A DNA stretch of 62,807 bases, filler included, from Nitrospinota bacterium (GCA_030620925.1; 9 parts of 9 records of this genome joined end to end with filler, not necessarily neighbours in it), one strand, 5' to 3'. Positions 39,839-49,931 are shown, counted from the first letter of the whole stretch. Program-made: numbers and translations. The notes: generated by a model from the sequence alone, not told the origin.

Positions 39839-41470
39839 ATGAGTCAGGACGAAAAGATATATCAGCGTTATCTGGAAGGAGAGCGACCGCCCAACTACCG
39901 CACGCTCTCGGGCGTGGAGCTAAAGGAATTTTACACCGCCGAAGACGCTCCCCGGGAAGAATCTCCTCCCGGAGAATACCCTTACACACGCGGCATACAC
40001 AGGGAAATGTACCGAAAACGCTTCTGGACGCGCCGCCAGCAGAGTGGCTTCGGCACACCACAGGAGAGCAACGCACGACTGCTCTACCTGTTAGAGCAGG
40101 GGCAGACCGGGCTCAACGTAGACACCGATATGGGCAGCAAGCTGGGGCTGGACCCGGACCACGAGCTGGCCAGAGGAGACGTGGGCCTGCAGGGGACCTC
40201 GGTAACCACTTACGAAGACATGGAGGAGCTGTTCCGCGACATACCCCTGGACAAGGTCAGCACCACCCTCATCGTGCAGCCACCTTACTCGGCGGTCATC
40301 ACGGCCATGTACCTCCTCATGGCCCGCAAGCAGGGCATCCCGGAAAGCAGTCTCATAGGCACCATCATGAACTGTCCCATCACCCAGTTGGCGGGCCCCG
40401 CCTTCCAGGCCGCCACCCACTTTTTCCCCATCGAACAGGCGGTTAAGATCGGCCTGGACACCATGGAATACTGCGTCAGGAACATGCCTAAGTGGAATAT
40501 TGTGAACATCAACGCCTACAACATCCGGGAGACCGGCGTCAACGCCTTCCAGGAGGGCGCTTTCGCTCTATCACTGGGCGCCGACTATGTACAGCGGCTC
40601 CTGGACAGAGGGCTGGCAATAGACGATTTCGCACCCCGCATCGCTTTCTTCACAGCAGCCCATCTCGACTTTTTCGAGGAAATCGCAAAGATCAGGGCCA
40701 TGCGCCGCATCTGGGCCCGCATAATGAAGGAGCGCTTCGGAGCACAAAATGAGAGGAGCTGCTGGTTCCGCACCGCCATCCAGACCGCCGCCCTGCCTCT
40801 CACCGCACAGCAGCCGTTGAACAACATCGTGCGTGCGACCGTCCAGACTCTGGCCGCGGCCCTGGCCGGCACGCAGTCCATCCACACTACTTCTTACGAC
40901 GAAGCCTTTTCGCTGCCCACCGAAGAGTCCCACAAACTCTCCATCAGGACTCAGCAGATTATCGCCTACGAGACCAACGTGGTGAAAACCGCAGACCCAC
41001 TGGGCGGCTCGCACTTCGTGGAATGGCTGACCGACCGGGCGGAGGAAGAAATACTGAAAATCATGGACACCATCCAGAATAAAGGGGGTTTCATCCGGTG
41101 CTTCCTCGATGGATGGGTCGAGGAACAGATTCGCGACGCCAGGCACAAATACGCCCGCGAAATGGAAGATGGTGAGCGGCTCTCAGTAGGCGTGAACACC
41201 TTCCGCGAAGAAGACGAGGAGGTAAAGATAAAAATATTCCGTACTTCCTCGGATATGCAGCAGCAGAGGATCGAATATATAGAGCGATACAAAAAAGAGC
41301 GCGACCAGGGCCCCGTCGAACGCGTGCTGGAGCAGCTTTACCAGAAGGCCGAGGGGGATAAGGAGGCCAACCTGTTCGCCCCCATTATGGAAGCCGTTGA
41401 GGCGGGAGCCACCATGGGAGAAATTTCTGATGCCCTGCGCAGGGCCGAGAACTTCGAGATACCAGTCTGA
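39839..41470 (+). CDS. Adenosylcobalamin-dependent acyl-CoA mutase, substrate-binding large subunit (methylmalonyl-CoA mutase family)
   Basis: PGEYPYTRGI, GLDPD, DFFEEIAKIRAMRRIWA, LTAQQPLNNIVR, SYDEA, DPLGGS, GVN, ATMGEI. Start ATG 39839. Confidence 0.92.
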   Translation: MSQDEKIYQRYLEGERPPNYRTLSGVELKEFYTAEDAPREESPPGEYPYTRGIHREMYRKRFWTRRQQSGFGTPQESNARLLYLLEQGQTGLNVDTDMGSKLGLDPDHELARGDVGLQGTSVTTYEDMEELFRDIPLDKVSTTLIVQPPYSAVITAMYLLMARKQGIPESSLIGTIMNCPITQLAGPAFQAATHFFPIEQAVKIGLDTMEYCVRNMPKWNIVNINAYNIRETGVNAFQEGAFALSLGADYVQRLLDRGLAIDDFAPRIAFFTAAHLDFFEEIAKIRAMRRIWARIMKERFGAQNERSCWFRTAIQTAALPLTAQQPLNNIVRATVQTLAAALAGTQSIHTTSYDEAFSLPTEESHKLSIRTQQIIAYETNVVKTADPLGGSHFVEWLTDRAEEEILKIMDTIQNKGGFIRCFLDGWVEEQIRDARHKYAREMEDGERLSVGVNTFREEDEEVKIKIFRTSSDMQQQRIEYIERYKKERDQGPVERVLEQLYQKAEGDKEANLFAPIMEAVEAGATMGEISDALRRAENFEIPV

Positions 41471-41493
41471 TTTCAAATAAAAGGAGAAAAATC

Positions 41494-41898
41494 ATGCCGC
41501 CCGCTGAAAAAACGATAACCAAGGTGCTGCTGGCCAAGATGGGGCTGGACGGCCATGACAACGGCATAACCATCGTCGCCAAGTGGCTGCGCGACGCGGG
41601 TTTCGAGGTCGTTTACGCCGGTCTCTACAACACCCCGGCGCGCGTGATCAGCGCCGCCCGCCAGGAAGACGTGGACCTCATCGGCCTGAGCTTCCTGGGT
41701 GGAGAACACTTCTACTATTCCGAGAAACTCGTTCAGAACCTCAAGGAAGAAGGGATGGAGAACGTCAAGCTCATCCTGGGCGGTGTCATCCCTCCTGAGG
41801 ACGTCGATCCCTTGAAGCAGATGGGCATCACCGCGGTTTTCACCCCCGGAACGATGCGCCAGACCATCATAGACTCCTTTCAGACCCTGGCAAAATAG
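41494..41898 (+). CDS. Cobalamin-binding small subunit of the acyl-CoA mutase
   Basis: GLDGHDNG (DxHxxG), LRDAGFEVVY, GLSFLGG, GGVIP, FTPG. Confidence 0.93.
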   Translation: MPPAEKTITKVLLAKMGLDGHDNGITIVAKWLRDAGFEVVYAGLYNTPARVISAARQEDVDLIGLSFLGGEHFYYSEKLVQNLKEEGMENVKLILGGVIPPEDVDPLKQMGITAVFTPGTMRQTIIDSFQTLAK

Positions 41899-41944
41899 CG
41901 GAGGAGAAACGGCCTCTAAACATGCGGGAGACCGGGCTCTATGA

Positions 41945-43243
41945 TTACCTTTTCCCGCCCGCCATCTTCTCGCTCTCGGGCAGCCTCCGCAACCAGACCA
42001 TCGCTATGAGCCCCACCACCGCCACCAGCCCCAGAGAGAGGAAGGCATAGCCCCAGCTATGGAGAGAGGCGTATTGCGAGGCCACTTGCTGTTCCGAGGT
42101 GCGATCCATCACCCACCCGAAGACCCAGGGCGCTATACCAGAGGCGGTGAAACCTATAAATGAGTAGACGGCCATCGCCGAACCCAGATGGGCTGGAGAA
42201 ACCACTTCGGTCAACCCTGTGGAATAGGCCGCCGATTCACCGATGATGAAAAATCCGTAGGCGAAACTCAGCGGGAGCAGAATGGCAAGCGAGCTGTGTA
42301 CCATCCAGCCAAAGACCAAAGAGCAGCCTATGCTTGCCACCAAAAATATGATGGCCGTCCTCGTGCGGCCCCATCTATCGGAAATGATGCCCCCCAGCAT
42401 GATGGCCGCCGCCCCCAGGAGCAATACCAGCGAAGCGTAGTTGGCGCTCATCCTGGTTGCCGAAACACTCGAAGCCCCCGCCCAGAGAAAGGCCGCCGTG
42501 AAAAAGGCGGGCAGCCAGCCCTGCATACCGTGAAGCTCCCAGTTATGCGCCGTGTATCCGGTAATGACCAGCAGGGCGGGTTTATTTTTAAATACCTCTC
42601 TGCGTTTTCCGCCTTTAACCCTTTCAATCACCGTCCTCTTAACGCCCTTTAGAACGTATATGGCTATAATCCCGCCTGCCAGGCCGCCCAACGCAGTGAT
42701 CAATACCCCCTCCCGCCACCCTATTGCAGCCGCCACGTTGCCCGCCAGCCATACAGACAGCGAACTCCCGATTATATGAGCGCCCACGTAGAAACCTATG
42801 GCCCGCCCGCGCTTCTCATGGGGAAACCTCTCGGCCACCATGCGCATTCCGGGCATGTAGATGCCGCCGTTGCCGGCCCCGGAAAGTCCTTTCAGAATCG
42901 CTCCGGAGAGGAAACCTTTGGCCATAAAGGCAAAGAGGAGGTTGGAAACCGCCAGACCCGCGACGGAAAAAAGAAAAATGTTCCTGGCGTTGTATCGGTC
43001 GGTAAGGGGTATCAGTATCAGAACGGATATGACGTAACCGGCCCTGAGCGCAGTGTGGATAAGCCCCGCCGCCCTGTTGCTCATACTCCATTCTTCCTGA
43101 AGTATGGGCAGGATAGGGCTGTAATTACCGTAGGGGAGCGTGATCAAGACCATGGTGAGGCAGAAGGCAAACAACCAGCGATAATCGCTCCCCGCGGCGA
43201 TAGGGTCGTTTTCAGCCATCGAAGAAACAGGTGCCCTACTCAT
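41945..43243 (-). CDS. MFS transporter
   Basis: 12-TM pattern, LTDRY, YMPGM, HNWEL, GIISDRWGR. Confidence 0.88.
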   Translation of the reverse strand: MSRAPVSSMAENDPIAAGSDYRWLFAFCLTMVLITLPYGNYSPILPILQEEWSMSNRAAGLIHTALRAGYVISVLILIPLTDRYNARNIFLFSVAGLAVSNLLFAFMAKGFLSGAILKGLSGAGNGGIYMPGMRMVAERFPHEKRGRAIGFYVGAHIIGSSLSVWLAGNVAAAIGWREGVLITALGGLAGGIIAIYVLKGVKRTVIERVKGGKRREVFKNKPALLVITGYTAHNWELHGMQGWLPAFFTAAFLWAGASSVSATRMSANYASLVLLLGAAAIMLGGIISDRWGRTRTAIIFLVASIGCSLVFGWMVHSSLAILLPLSFAYGFFIIGESAAYSTGLTEVVSPAHLGSAMAVYSFIGFTASGIAPWVFGWVMDRTSEQQVASQYASLHSWGYAFLSLGLVAVVGLIAMVWLRRLPESEKMAGGKR

Positions 43244-43447
43244 TTTTTCCTAAAAAATTATGGACCCGCTTAAAGATATACATGTTCCCCTTAAGGAGAT
43301 GGTCAAATCCACCGGCGCTGATCCCGCCTTCTGGAAAATACCATGACGAAACACAGAGCCGGGTATGTTTGACACACCCACAGCGGTTTATAGTATTTAT
43401 CACGCATCATGCGCAAAATTTTAGGAAGAAGCGAACATAAAGAACTC

Positions 43448-43522
43448 ATCGCGGCAAGATGCCGCTCCTACAATCTACGCCTCGGGATTTCTATCTCGTA
43501 GGAGCACCTTCCAGACGCGACC
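43448..43522. repeat. Inverted pair of GTAGGAGC-type REP elements
   Basis: ATCGCGGCAAGATGCCGCTCCTAC (reverse copy) and GTAGGAGCACCTTCCAGACGCGA (degenerate forward copy). Confidence 0.6.
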
Positions 43523-43620
43523 ATGGGTCAGGAGATATTTTCCTAACAGTTTCACGCCGCCAATGGCGGGAGAGAGGCGGGCTAACCTCCCGGAAGGCCC
43601 TGCAGGTTTTGATCGGGCCA

Positions 43621-44214
43621 TCATTCCTTTGTAACGCGCCTGGGGAGGATAGTGATCGCCTTTTCGCCGGTCACGCAGTAGTACTCGCAAAGCCCGCAGC
43701 CCACGCAGACATCCTTCATCACCATTGGGCCCCCTTTCTTGACCATCTTGATGGCTTCTCCCGGGAAGGGGCATCTGGTGTAGCAGTAATCGCAGGAGGG
43801 GTCTTCGCGCTTCCATCTGAAGCACTTATCCCTGTCTACCCTCGCGATGCCCATGCGTATTTCTTTCTTTTCCACCCATTGAAGGGCCTCCTCCGGGCAG
43901 GCTTCCACGCAGTAGAGCGAATCGCAGAGGTAGCAGGGCCCTTCCTCCGGAAAGATCAAGGGCGTCCCCTCGGGGACGTCATCGACTGTGGATGCCGACC
44001 TTATTGAAGACTGCGGGCAGGCCTGGATGCAATCGTCGCACTTGGTGCACAGACTGATAAACAGAGATTCTTCCACCGCTCCAGGGGGTCGCAGACCGCG
44101 CGGTATGGGTACTTTCGTAACTCCGTCAATGACTTCCATGAAGGGTTCGACCAGCATGAAGAACCCTTTCTTAAAAAATGTTACCCTGTCTATTTTATCT
44201 TCTCTATCTTCCAT
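43621..44214 (-). CDS. NapG/MauM-like polyferredoxin with four 4Fe-4S motifs
   Basis: LRPPGA, CTKCDDCIQACP, CYLC..CVEACP, C..CDYCYTRCP, CVGCGLCEYYC. Start ATG 44214. Confidence 0.85.
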   Translation of the reverse strand: MEDREDKIDRVTFFKKGFFMLVEPFMEVIDGVTKVPIPRGLRPPGAVEESLFISLCTKCDDCIQACPQSSIRSASTVDDVPEGTPLIFPEEGPCYLCDSLYCVEACPEEALQWVEKKEIRMGIARVDRDKCFRWKREDPSCDYCYTRCPFPGEAIKMVKKGGPMVMKDVCVGCGLCEYYCVTGEKAITILPRRVTKE

Positions 44215-44242
44215 TACCCGCTCCACATCATAAAACGGCTCA

Positions 44243-44812
44243 TTATTCCCCCTCTTTCTGCTGCAGCGGCGGCTTCGACTGAGGATCCCGCTTCCGCGGA
44301 AACTTATCCAGAAGCCGTTTTCGCATCTCTTCCTGTTTATCCGAAAGCTTCGCCGCCTGTTCATCGGTGAGTATTTTGAGTGTCCGCACCATAATAATGA
44401 AACTGGCCTTTTCTATCCTGTTGCGTATAGTCTGAACTTCATTCAGCAACCCGCCCATCTCTTCTTCAGGCGACCTCCGCATTGTTTTTATATCCATCAG
44501 GTTTTTTAACTGCTTGCTCTTCTCATCGAATTCACCGCGCAATTCCATCATCTCTTTCCGAGCCTCAGTTACTATCTTCTTTATCTTCTCGACCTGTTCT
44601 TCAGTGAGTTGAAGAGACTCCCTTACTTCCTCACTATCCCACCAATTACCCTGCGGCGGACGAGCACCGGCGGCGACCGGCAACAACATAAGAATAAGAT
44701 ATATCATAGTAATCATAAACGCGGCTCTGAGCAATCTCCTCTCCTCCCTCAATAAAGCAACGAATACGATTACACCCGTTATTTTCAGACATCCGTTAAC
44801 AATTTCTACCAT
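44243..44812 (-). CDS. Spy/CpxP-like periplasmic protein
   Basis: Signal-like hydrophobic stretch, WW..LQLTEEQ and ILTDEQ (LTxxQ) motifs. True start is probably downstream (about 44718). Confidence 0.7.
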   Translation of the reverse strand: MVEIVNGCLKITGVIVFVALLREERRLLRAAFMITMIYLILMLLPVAAGARPPQGNWWDSEEVRESLQLTEEQVEKIKKIVTEARKEMMELRGEFDEKSKQLKNLMDIKTMRRSPEEEMGGLLNEVQTIRNRIEKASFIIMVRTLKILTDEQAAKLSDKQEEMRKRLLDKFPRKRDPQSKPPLQQKEGE

Positions 44813-45074
44813 CCAAACTCTACCAAGCGATAAACTCTCTTTCCGAAATACTACAATAATCTTCTACCTCTCACAACCGACAATTCAAGGCCTGACGCCA
44901 AGCCCGCGCGCCGGAGGAAATAAAACTTGTGTACAGAGCGCCTTAGGCATTGTAATAGCCGGTCTAATATGGTAAGTAACCCCCTATTTAAAGCAACCGT
45001 TCTGCCAGTGGGTTCAGGAGAATCTGTCAGATATGTTCCTTTAACTCCATCAACAAAAAAGCCAAGGAAAGGAC

Positions 45075-45503
45075 ATGGCTCAGGCAAAAGAGGGAGATAC
45101 CGTTAAAGTCCACTATACGGGCAAGTTGGAGGACGGCGAGATATTTGACACTTCTCAGGACGACGACCCACTGGAATTTAAAATAGGTGGAGGCAAGGTA
45201 ATCCGTGGCTTTGAGCAAGGCGTGGTGGGGATGAATGAAGGCGAATCGAAAACCGTAGAAATCCCCTCGGACGAAGCGTACGGCCCACACCACCAGGAAT
45301 TGGTCATAGATATAGAGATGGATCAATTCCCGGATGACCTGGACCCGGAAGTGGGGCAGCAGTTTAAGATGCGTCAGCCCGACGGTCCAACAATTATAGT
45401 TGCGGTAGCCGAAATCACTGACGACAGCGTGACGTTGGACGCCAACCATCCTCTGGCCGGAAAAGACCTTACATTTGATATCCAGCTCATAGAAATCGCT
45501 TAA
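45075..45503 (+). CDS. slyD: FKBP-type peptidyl-prolyl isomerase (SlyD type, no His-rich tail)
   Basis: VKVHYTGKL, FDTS, EAYG, LDANHPLAGKDLTFDI. Confidence 0.9.
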   Translation: MAQAKEGDTVKVHYTGKLEDGEIFDTSQDDDPLEFKIGGGKVIRGFEQGVVGMNEGESKTVEIPSDEAYGPHHQELVIDIEMDQFPDDLDPEVGQQFKMRQPDGPTIIVAVAEITDDSVTLDANHPLAGKDLTFDIQLIEIA

Positions 45504-45797
45504 TCGATTCACCAATAGTCATAAATCATGAGGCTTTTACCTTAATAAGAGGCCGATGGAGAAAGAACAGGCCACCATGAAAAACCCTTCTCCGGCGACC
45601 GCAGCGATGTTGAACGAACATATTTCCGGCATGACACCTTAATTTTGCCTCATCTATTCTTGTAACAGATCGCCCTTTGAGACTCATACCCTGATAACAT
45701 GATCGATAGAGGCATTCTTTCCTTGTAACCCGTATATGCGAACTTACCCCTTGTGAAAGGGGCAGACGGACTCACCTTTTGCCCATGGGAGGTAATT

Positions 45798-46495
45798 ATG
45801 GAATACGAAAACATTCTTTATGAGAAGGAGGGGGTGATCGCCACCATCACCTTCAACCGGCCCGACACCGTCAACGCCATCAGCCCCGCGCTGGAGAAAG
45901 AGCTGCACCTCGCCCTGGACCGCGCCGATGAAGACTCCGAGGTCAGGGTCATAATCCTCACCGGTTCCGGCCGGGCTTTCTCCGCCGGTTACGACCTGGC
46001 CGGAGAAGGGCAGTCCTTCGAGCCCGAAGGTAAATATCCGGGTGAATATCTGAAGGGTTGGTGGGGCTCAAACCTGGGTACTATGGGGAACGTGCAAAAA
46101 CTCATGCACCTCTGGTATTTGGGCAAGCCGGTCATAGCCGCCATTAACGGATGGTGCATGGGAGGCGGCTTCTGGTACTCCCTGGCCTGCGACATAACCA
46201 TAGCTTCCGATAAGGCCGTCTTCGCCCAGCCCGAAATCCGGCATACAGACAACACTACTTTCCTCTTCGCCGCCCTGGCGGGATGGAAGTCGGCGAACCG
46301 CTACGCTTTGACCGGAGACCACTTCGACGCCCAGGAGGCCCTCAGGATAGGAGTGATAAATGAGGTGGTGCCCCACGATGAGCTGATGTCCAGGGTTAAA
46401 AAATTAGCCGAGCGCATCGCCATGGTGCCCGAAGCGTCCGTGCGCCTGAATAAAGCCATCACCTGCTACGGGCTGGAAGCCATGGGGTTAAGGGG
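45798..46495 (+). CDS. Enoyl-CoA hydratase/isomerase family protein, 3' truncated
   Basis: ITFNRPDTVNA, GRAFSAGYDL, KPVIAAINGWCMGGG, QPE; GGAGG RBS before ATG 45798. Confidence 0.88.
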
Positions 46496-46595
46496 NNNNN
46501 NNNNNNNNNNNNNNNNNNNNNNNNNNNNNNNNNNNNNNNTTAATTAATTAANNNNNNNNNNNNNNNNNNNNNNNNNNNNNNNNNNNNNNNNNNNN
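46496..46595. other. Artificial contig linker
   Basis: 44 N + TTAATTAATTAA + 44 N. Confidence 0.97.
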
Positions 46596-47178
46596 ATGGG
46601 TTTGTCAACCTTAAATTTAAATTGGAGTAAGCCCAGGCTGCCGTTACCTGAAAACGTGGTATCACAAGCAGCAGGGGAATGCCTCCCAGCGGAAGCACTT
46701 CGCTTAATATTTCGCCCCGTCCTCTTCCCAGGGCGGCAGGGCCTGAGAGGAAAAAGGGGACGTCTGAGCCCAGGGAGGCGGCGTGCTCGAAGAGTTTTTC
46801 ACGCTTTAATTTGAGATTCCACAGCCGGTTGAGTGCCGAGAGGGCGGTGGCGGCGTTGCTGCTCCCTCCCCCCAGCCCGGCTGCTACGGGTATGCGTTTC
46901 CTGATGGTGATATGCACCCCCTTTCCGGGCCGATATTCCTCCATGAGAATTGCCGCCGCCCTGTAGGCCAGGTTATCCTCGCCTGAAGGGACAGGGTGCC
47001 CGGATGTTTCCAGGTGGATACCGCGTTCCTCGAGGCGAAACTCCATTTCGTCAGAGAGGTCGATGGCGTGGAAGAAGGTAGCGATTTCGTGGTAGCCGTC
47101 CGCCCGTTTATGCAGTACCCTGAGATGCAGGTTGATTTTAGCCGGAGATTTCAGAGTGATTATTTCCGGTGAGTCCAT
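46596..47178 (-). CDS. ispE: 4-(cytidine 5'-diphospho)-2-C-methyl-D-erythritol kinase, truncated
   Basis: SPAKINLHL, DGYH, KRIPVAAGLGGGSSNAA, LGSDVPFF. Confidence 0.95.
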
Positions 47179-47406
47179 TACCGTTCCTGCCGGAAAGAAT
47201 AAACTTGATTTAATTTGATTTAAGTAGTAGCGTGTGATAGTTTAACACACTGGAAAAGAGCAAAGCCAGGCGCAAAATATAATGATTTCTACAATTTACG
47301 CTTTGCTTCGGATTATCCTCCTCGGAAAATGACCCCTGAAAATTTATCGGAATGGATACTATTTATTCGGTGGTCAAGAACGGATTTATATTTGGAGGTT
47401 TACTGA

Positions 47407-47964
47407 ATGCGGTTGTATGAAGCTATATACATTTTCAGGCCCGACCTGAGCGATGAAGATATCGACCGGACTATAGAATGGTTGGAAAATATGATCAAAC
47501 AGGGCGGCGAGGTAAAAAACATCGAGCGTTGGGGCAAAAAACGCCTCGCTTACAAGGTGAACAAGGAAAGATACGGATACTATGTTCTCATACATTTCGA
47601 CGGCAACGCGGATATAGTGAATGAACTGGAGCGAAATTGTCGACATTCGGAAGACGTGATGAAGTATATCACCATACGTATCAAAAAGGGCGAGCCCATA
47701 AAGGTGGAAATGGAGCCGGAAGAGTTTAGGGAAGAAGCGCCCGTTGCTAAAGAATCGATAGAAACGAAAGATGAAAAGAAGGTAGAAACGAAAGACGAAG
47801 AGAAGGTAGAAACGAAAGACGAAGAGAAGGTAGAAACGAAAGATGAAGAGAAGGTAGAGACGAAAGACGAAGAGAAGGTAGAAGAAGAGGAAGAAGAGAA
47901 GGAAGTAGTGGGTGAGGAAAGCGATGCTGAAATAGAAGCAACGCAACAAGAGGAGCCCAACTGA
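47407..47964 (+). CDS. rpsF: 30S ribosomal protein S6 with a long acidic repeat tail
   Basis: YEAIYIFRPDL, WGKKRLAY, GYY; first gene of rpsF-ssb-rpsR. Confidence 0.95.
   Translation: MRLYEAIYIFRPDLSDEDIDRTIEWLENMIKQGGEVKNIERWGKKRLAYKVNKERYGYYVLIHFDGNADIVNELERNCRHSEDVMKYITIRIKKGEPIKVEMEPEEFREEAPVAKESIETKDEKKVETKDEEKVETKDEEKVETKDEEKVETKDEEKVEEEEEEKEVVGEESDAEIEATQQEEPN
47761..47880 (+). repeat. Five tandem 24-nt repeats in rpsF encoding ETKDE(E/K)KV
   Basis: GARACGAAAGAYGAARAGAAGGTA x5, read directly. Confidence 0.95.
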
Positions 47965-48356
47965 TGGTTGGATTTAATAAGGTAATCCTCATGGGGAATC
48001 TTACCCGCGACCCGGAGCTCCGTTACATTCCAAGCGGCACTGCCGTGGCCACCCTGCGCCTGGCTGTCAATAACAGGTACCGCCAGGGCGAGGAGTGGAA
48101 GGATGATGTCTGCTACGTGGATGTAACCGTATGGGGGAAGCAGGCCGAAAACTGCAACGAGTATCTCTCCAAAGGAAGCGGAGTTCTGGTGGAGGGGAGG
48201 CTGAGTTACCGCACCTGGGAGAGCGATGAGGGCCAGACCAGAAGCAAACATGAGGTGGTGGCCAATACCGTGAGGTTTCTCCCCAAGGGAAAAGAGCAGG
48301 AACCCCAGGAAAGCGGCGAACCCCAGCATGCGGGTGAAGAAGACGTACCTTTCTGA
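47964..48356 (+). CDS. ssb: Single-stranded DNA-binding protein
   Basis: NKVILMGNLTRDPELRY, VEGRL, C-terminal EDVPF. Confidence 0.97.
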   Translation: MVGFNKVILMGNLTRDPELRYIPSGTAVATLRLAVNNRYRQGEEWKDDVCYVDVTVWGKQAENCNEYLSKGSGVLVEGRLSYRTWESDEGQTRSKHEVVANTVRFLPKGKEQEPQESGEPQHAGEEDVPF

Positions 48357-48446
48357 GTAGGGCGGATAGGGAGCGAGAGAGAGTTAACTCACCCTTACTA
48401 ATCTATTGCTATATTGCTCGACAAGTTAACTGGAGCTACTTATAAA

Positions 48447-48713
48447 ATGTTCAAACGGGGCCAGGCCAGGAAAGGCAGCGGAAGAGGGAGAAGAAAAAGG
48501 TATCTGAGGAAGAAGATTTGCCGGTTCTGCGCCGATAAGGTTATGCAGATAGACTATAAGGACCTCAAACGCCTTCGGAGCCTGGTAACGGAAAGGGGCA
48601 AAATTATCCCCGCCAGGATATCAGGCAACTGCGCCAAACATCAGCGACAATTGACCCTTGCCATAAAGAGGGCGCGCAGTATAGCCCTCATGCCTTATAC
48701 CGTGGAGAAATAG
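48447..48713 (+). CDS. rpsR: 30S ribosomal protein S18 (Zn-binding form)
   Basis: [30 protein letters not shown]. Confidence 0.96.
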   Translation: MFKRGQARKGSGRGRRKRYLRKKICRFCADKVMQIDYKDLKRLRSLVTERGKIIPARISGNCAKHQRQLTLAIKRARSIALMPYTVEK

Positions 48714-48905
48714 TAACCCCCGGTCTGCAGGCGACGCGGCCTTGTAATTTGTTCGGTCGTCTCGAGCTGTGGAAAGAAGCCGCAGCCGGGGCCGGACCAG
48801 AGAGGGAAGGTGGAGCATACTGTCTGCAGGTCCGCCGCCCCGCCGTGAGAACTGATTCGCAGCAAGACCTATAGGGTTAACCAGCATTATTGAAACAAGG
48901 CCGAG

Positions 48906-49931
48906 ATGCGCGCAAACCAGGTGCAATCACCATGGCAGAGCACAGTTCACGTTCCGGGAAACGAGAGTGTGGATAGAAAGTCGGCCATTAATTCTTTCGC
49001 TGGAATAGCGGCGCTCACCGTTCTTGCTTCGCTGCTGATGTTAGCCGCCTCCGCATTGCCTACCCTGAGCATACTATTCTACTTTTTCCTGAAGGCGCCT
49101 CTCATCCTCATCTCGCTCGGTAACGGGTTCAGAATAGGTCTCCTGGCGTTGGGTGCCATCGCCGTCCTGATGATGGCGTTTTCTCGCGGGGATTCCAACC
49201 TGCCATACCTCATCGAGTACGGAGCGGTGGCCATGATCATGGCCGAAACATTGAGACGCAAAATGTCCTTTAACATGATTGTCATATTATGCGTGGCAGT
49301 ATCTGTTTCAATCGCTCTCATATCCATGGCCCTGAATCCTCCCTTGGGCGCCGGCAGCCTTTTGGAAGTGCCCGCCAGGCTTGTCGCCCAGATGAGAGGT
49401 GATGCAGGGCAGCTTTCATCCCAGGGAGGGGTGGACCCCCGGCATCTCAAAGGAATGGGGCACTTCATAGCCTTGATGGAGGTGGTCATATCCAGGGCTT
49501 TTCCCGCCCTGCTCATCACGGTAGCAGCACTCGGGGCTCTGCTGAATTACCTGACCGCCAACAAGTTGAGCAAGGGTTTCGCCGGCCTGGGGTCGTTCAA
49601 TCCCGGCACCCTTTCCACGTGGGCCGCCTCAGAGCATTACGTCTGGTTCTTCATAATCGGAGGGACAATGGCGGTTGTTCCCTTTGGCGTTAGCAGGACG
49701 CTGGGAGTCAACCTGGTGGTGATCATGCTGTTTGTTTATTTCCTCCAGGGGATTGCCATCACCGGCTTTTTCTTCAAGAAATGGAATCTGTCGATTCTGT
49801 TAAGGGTCCCCGTATATATTTTCATCTTTTTCAACGCCTACCTTGCCCTGCTGGTGGCATGCGTGGGTCTGTTTGATACCTGGGCGGATTTCAGGAAGAT
49901 CAGGAAAACCGCCGAGGACAACCGGTCATAA
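48906..49931 (+). CDS. DUF2232/YybS family membrane protein
   Basis: Multi-TM with YFLQGIAI and GLFDTWADFR; conserved position between rpsR and rplI. Start may be GTG 48969. Confidence 0.85.
   Translation: MRANQVQSPWQSTVHVPGNESVDRKSAINSFAGIAALTVLASLLMLAASALPTLSILFYFFLKAPLILISLGNGFRIGLLALGAIAVLMMAFSRGDSNLPYLIEYGAVAMIMAETLRRKMSFNMIVILCVAVSVSIALISMALNPPLGAGSLLEVPARLVAQMRGDAGQLSSQGGVDPRHLKGMGHFIALMEVVISRAFPALLITVAALGALLNYLTANKLSKGFAGLGSFNPGTLSTWAASEHYVWFFIIGGTMAVVPFGVSRTLGVNLVVIMLFVYFLQGIAITGFFFKKWNLSILLRVPVYIFIFFNAYLALLVACVGLFDTWADFRKIRKTAEDNRS

Noticed and set aside
39839-41470. Annotation as ordinary methylmalonyl-CoA mutase
   Set aside because: The Tyr/Arg/His substrate determinants are replaced.
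47386-48329. Minus-strand ORFs with Phe/Ser repeats, and a possible CRISPR-like repeat
   Set aside because: Antisense to rpsF/ssb; the 24-nt units are contiguous with no spacers, so this is a coding tandem repeat.
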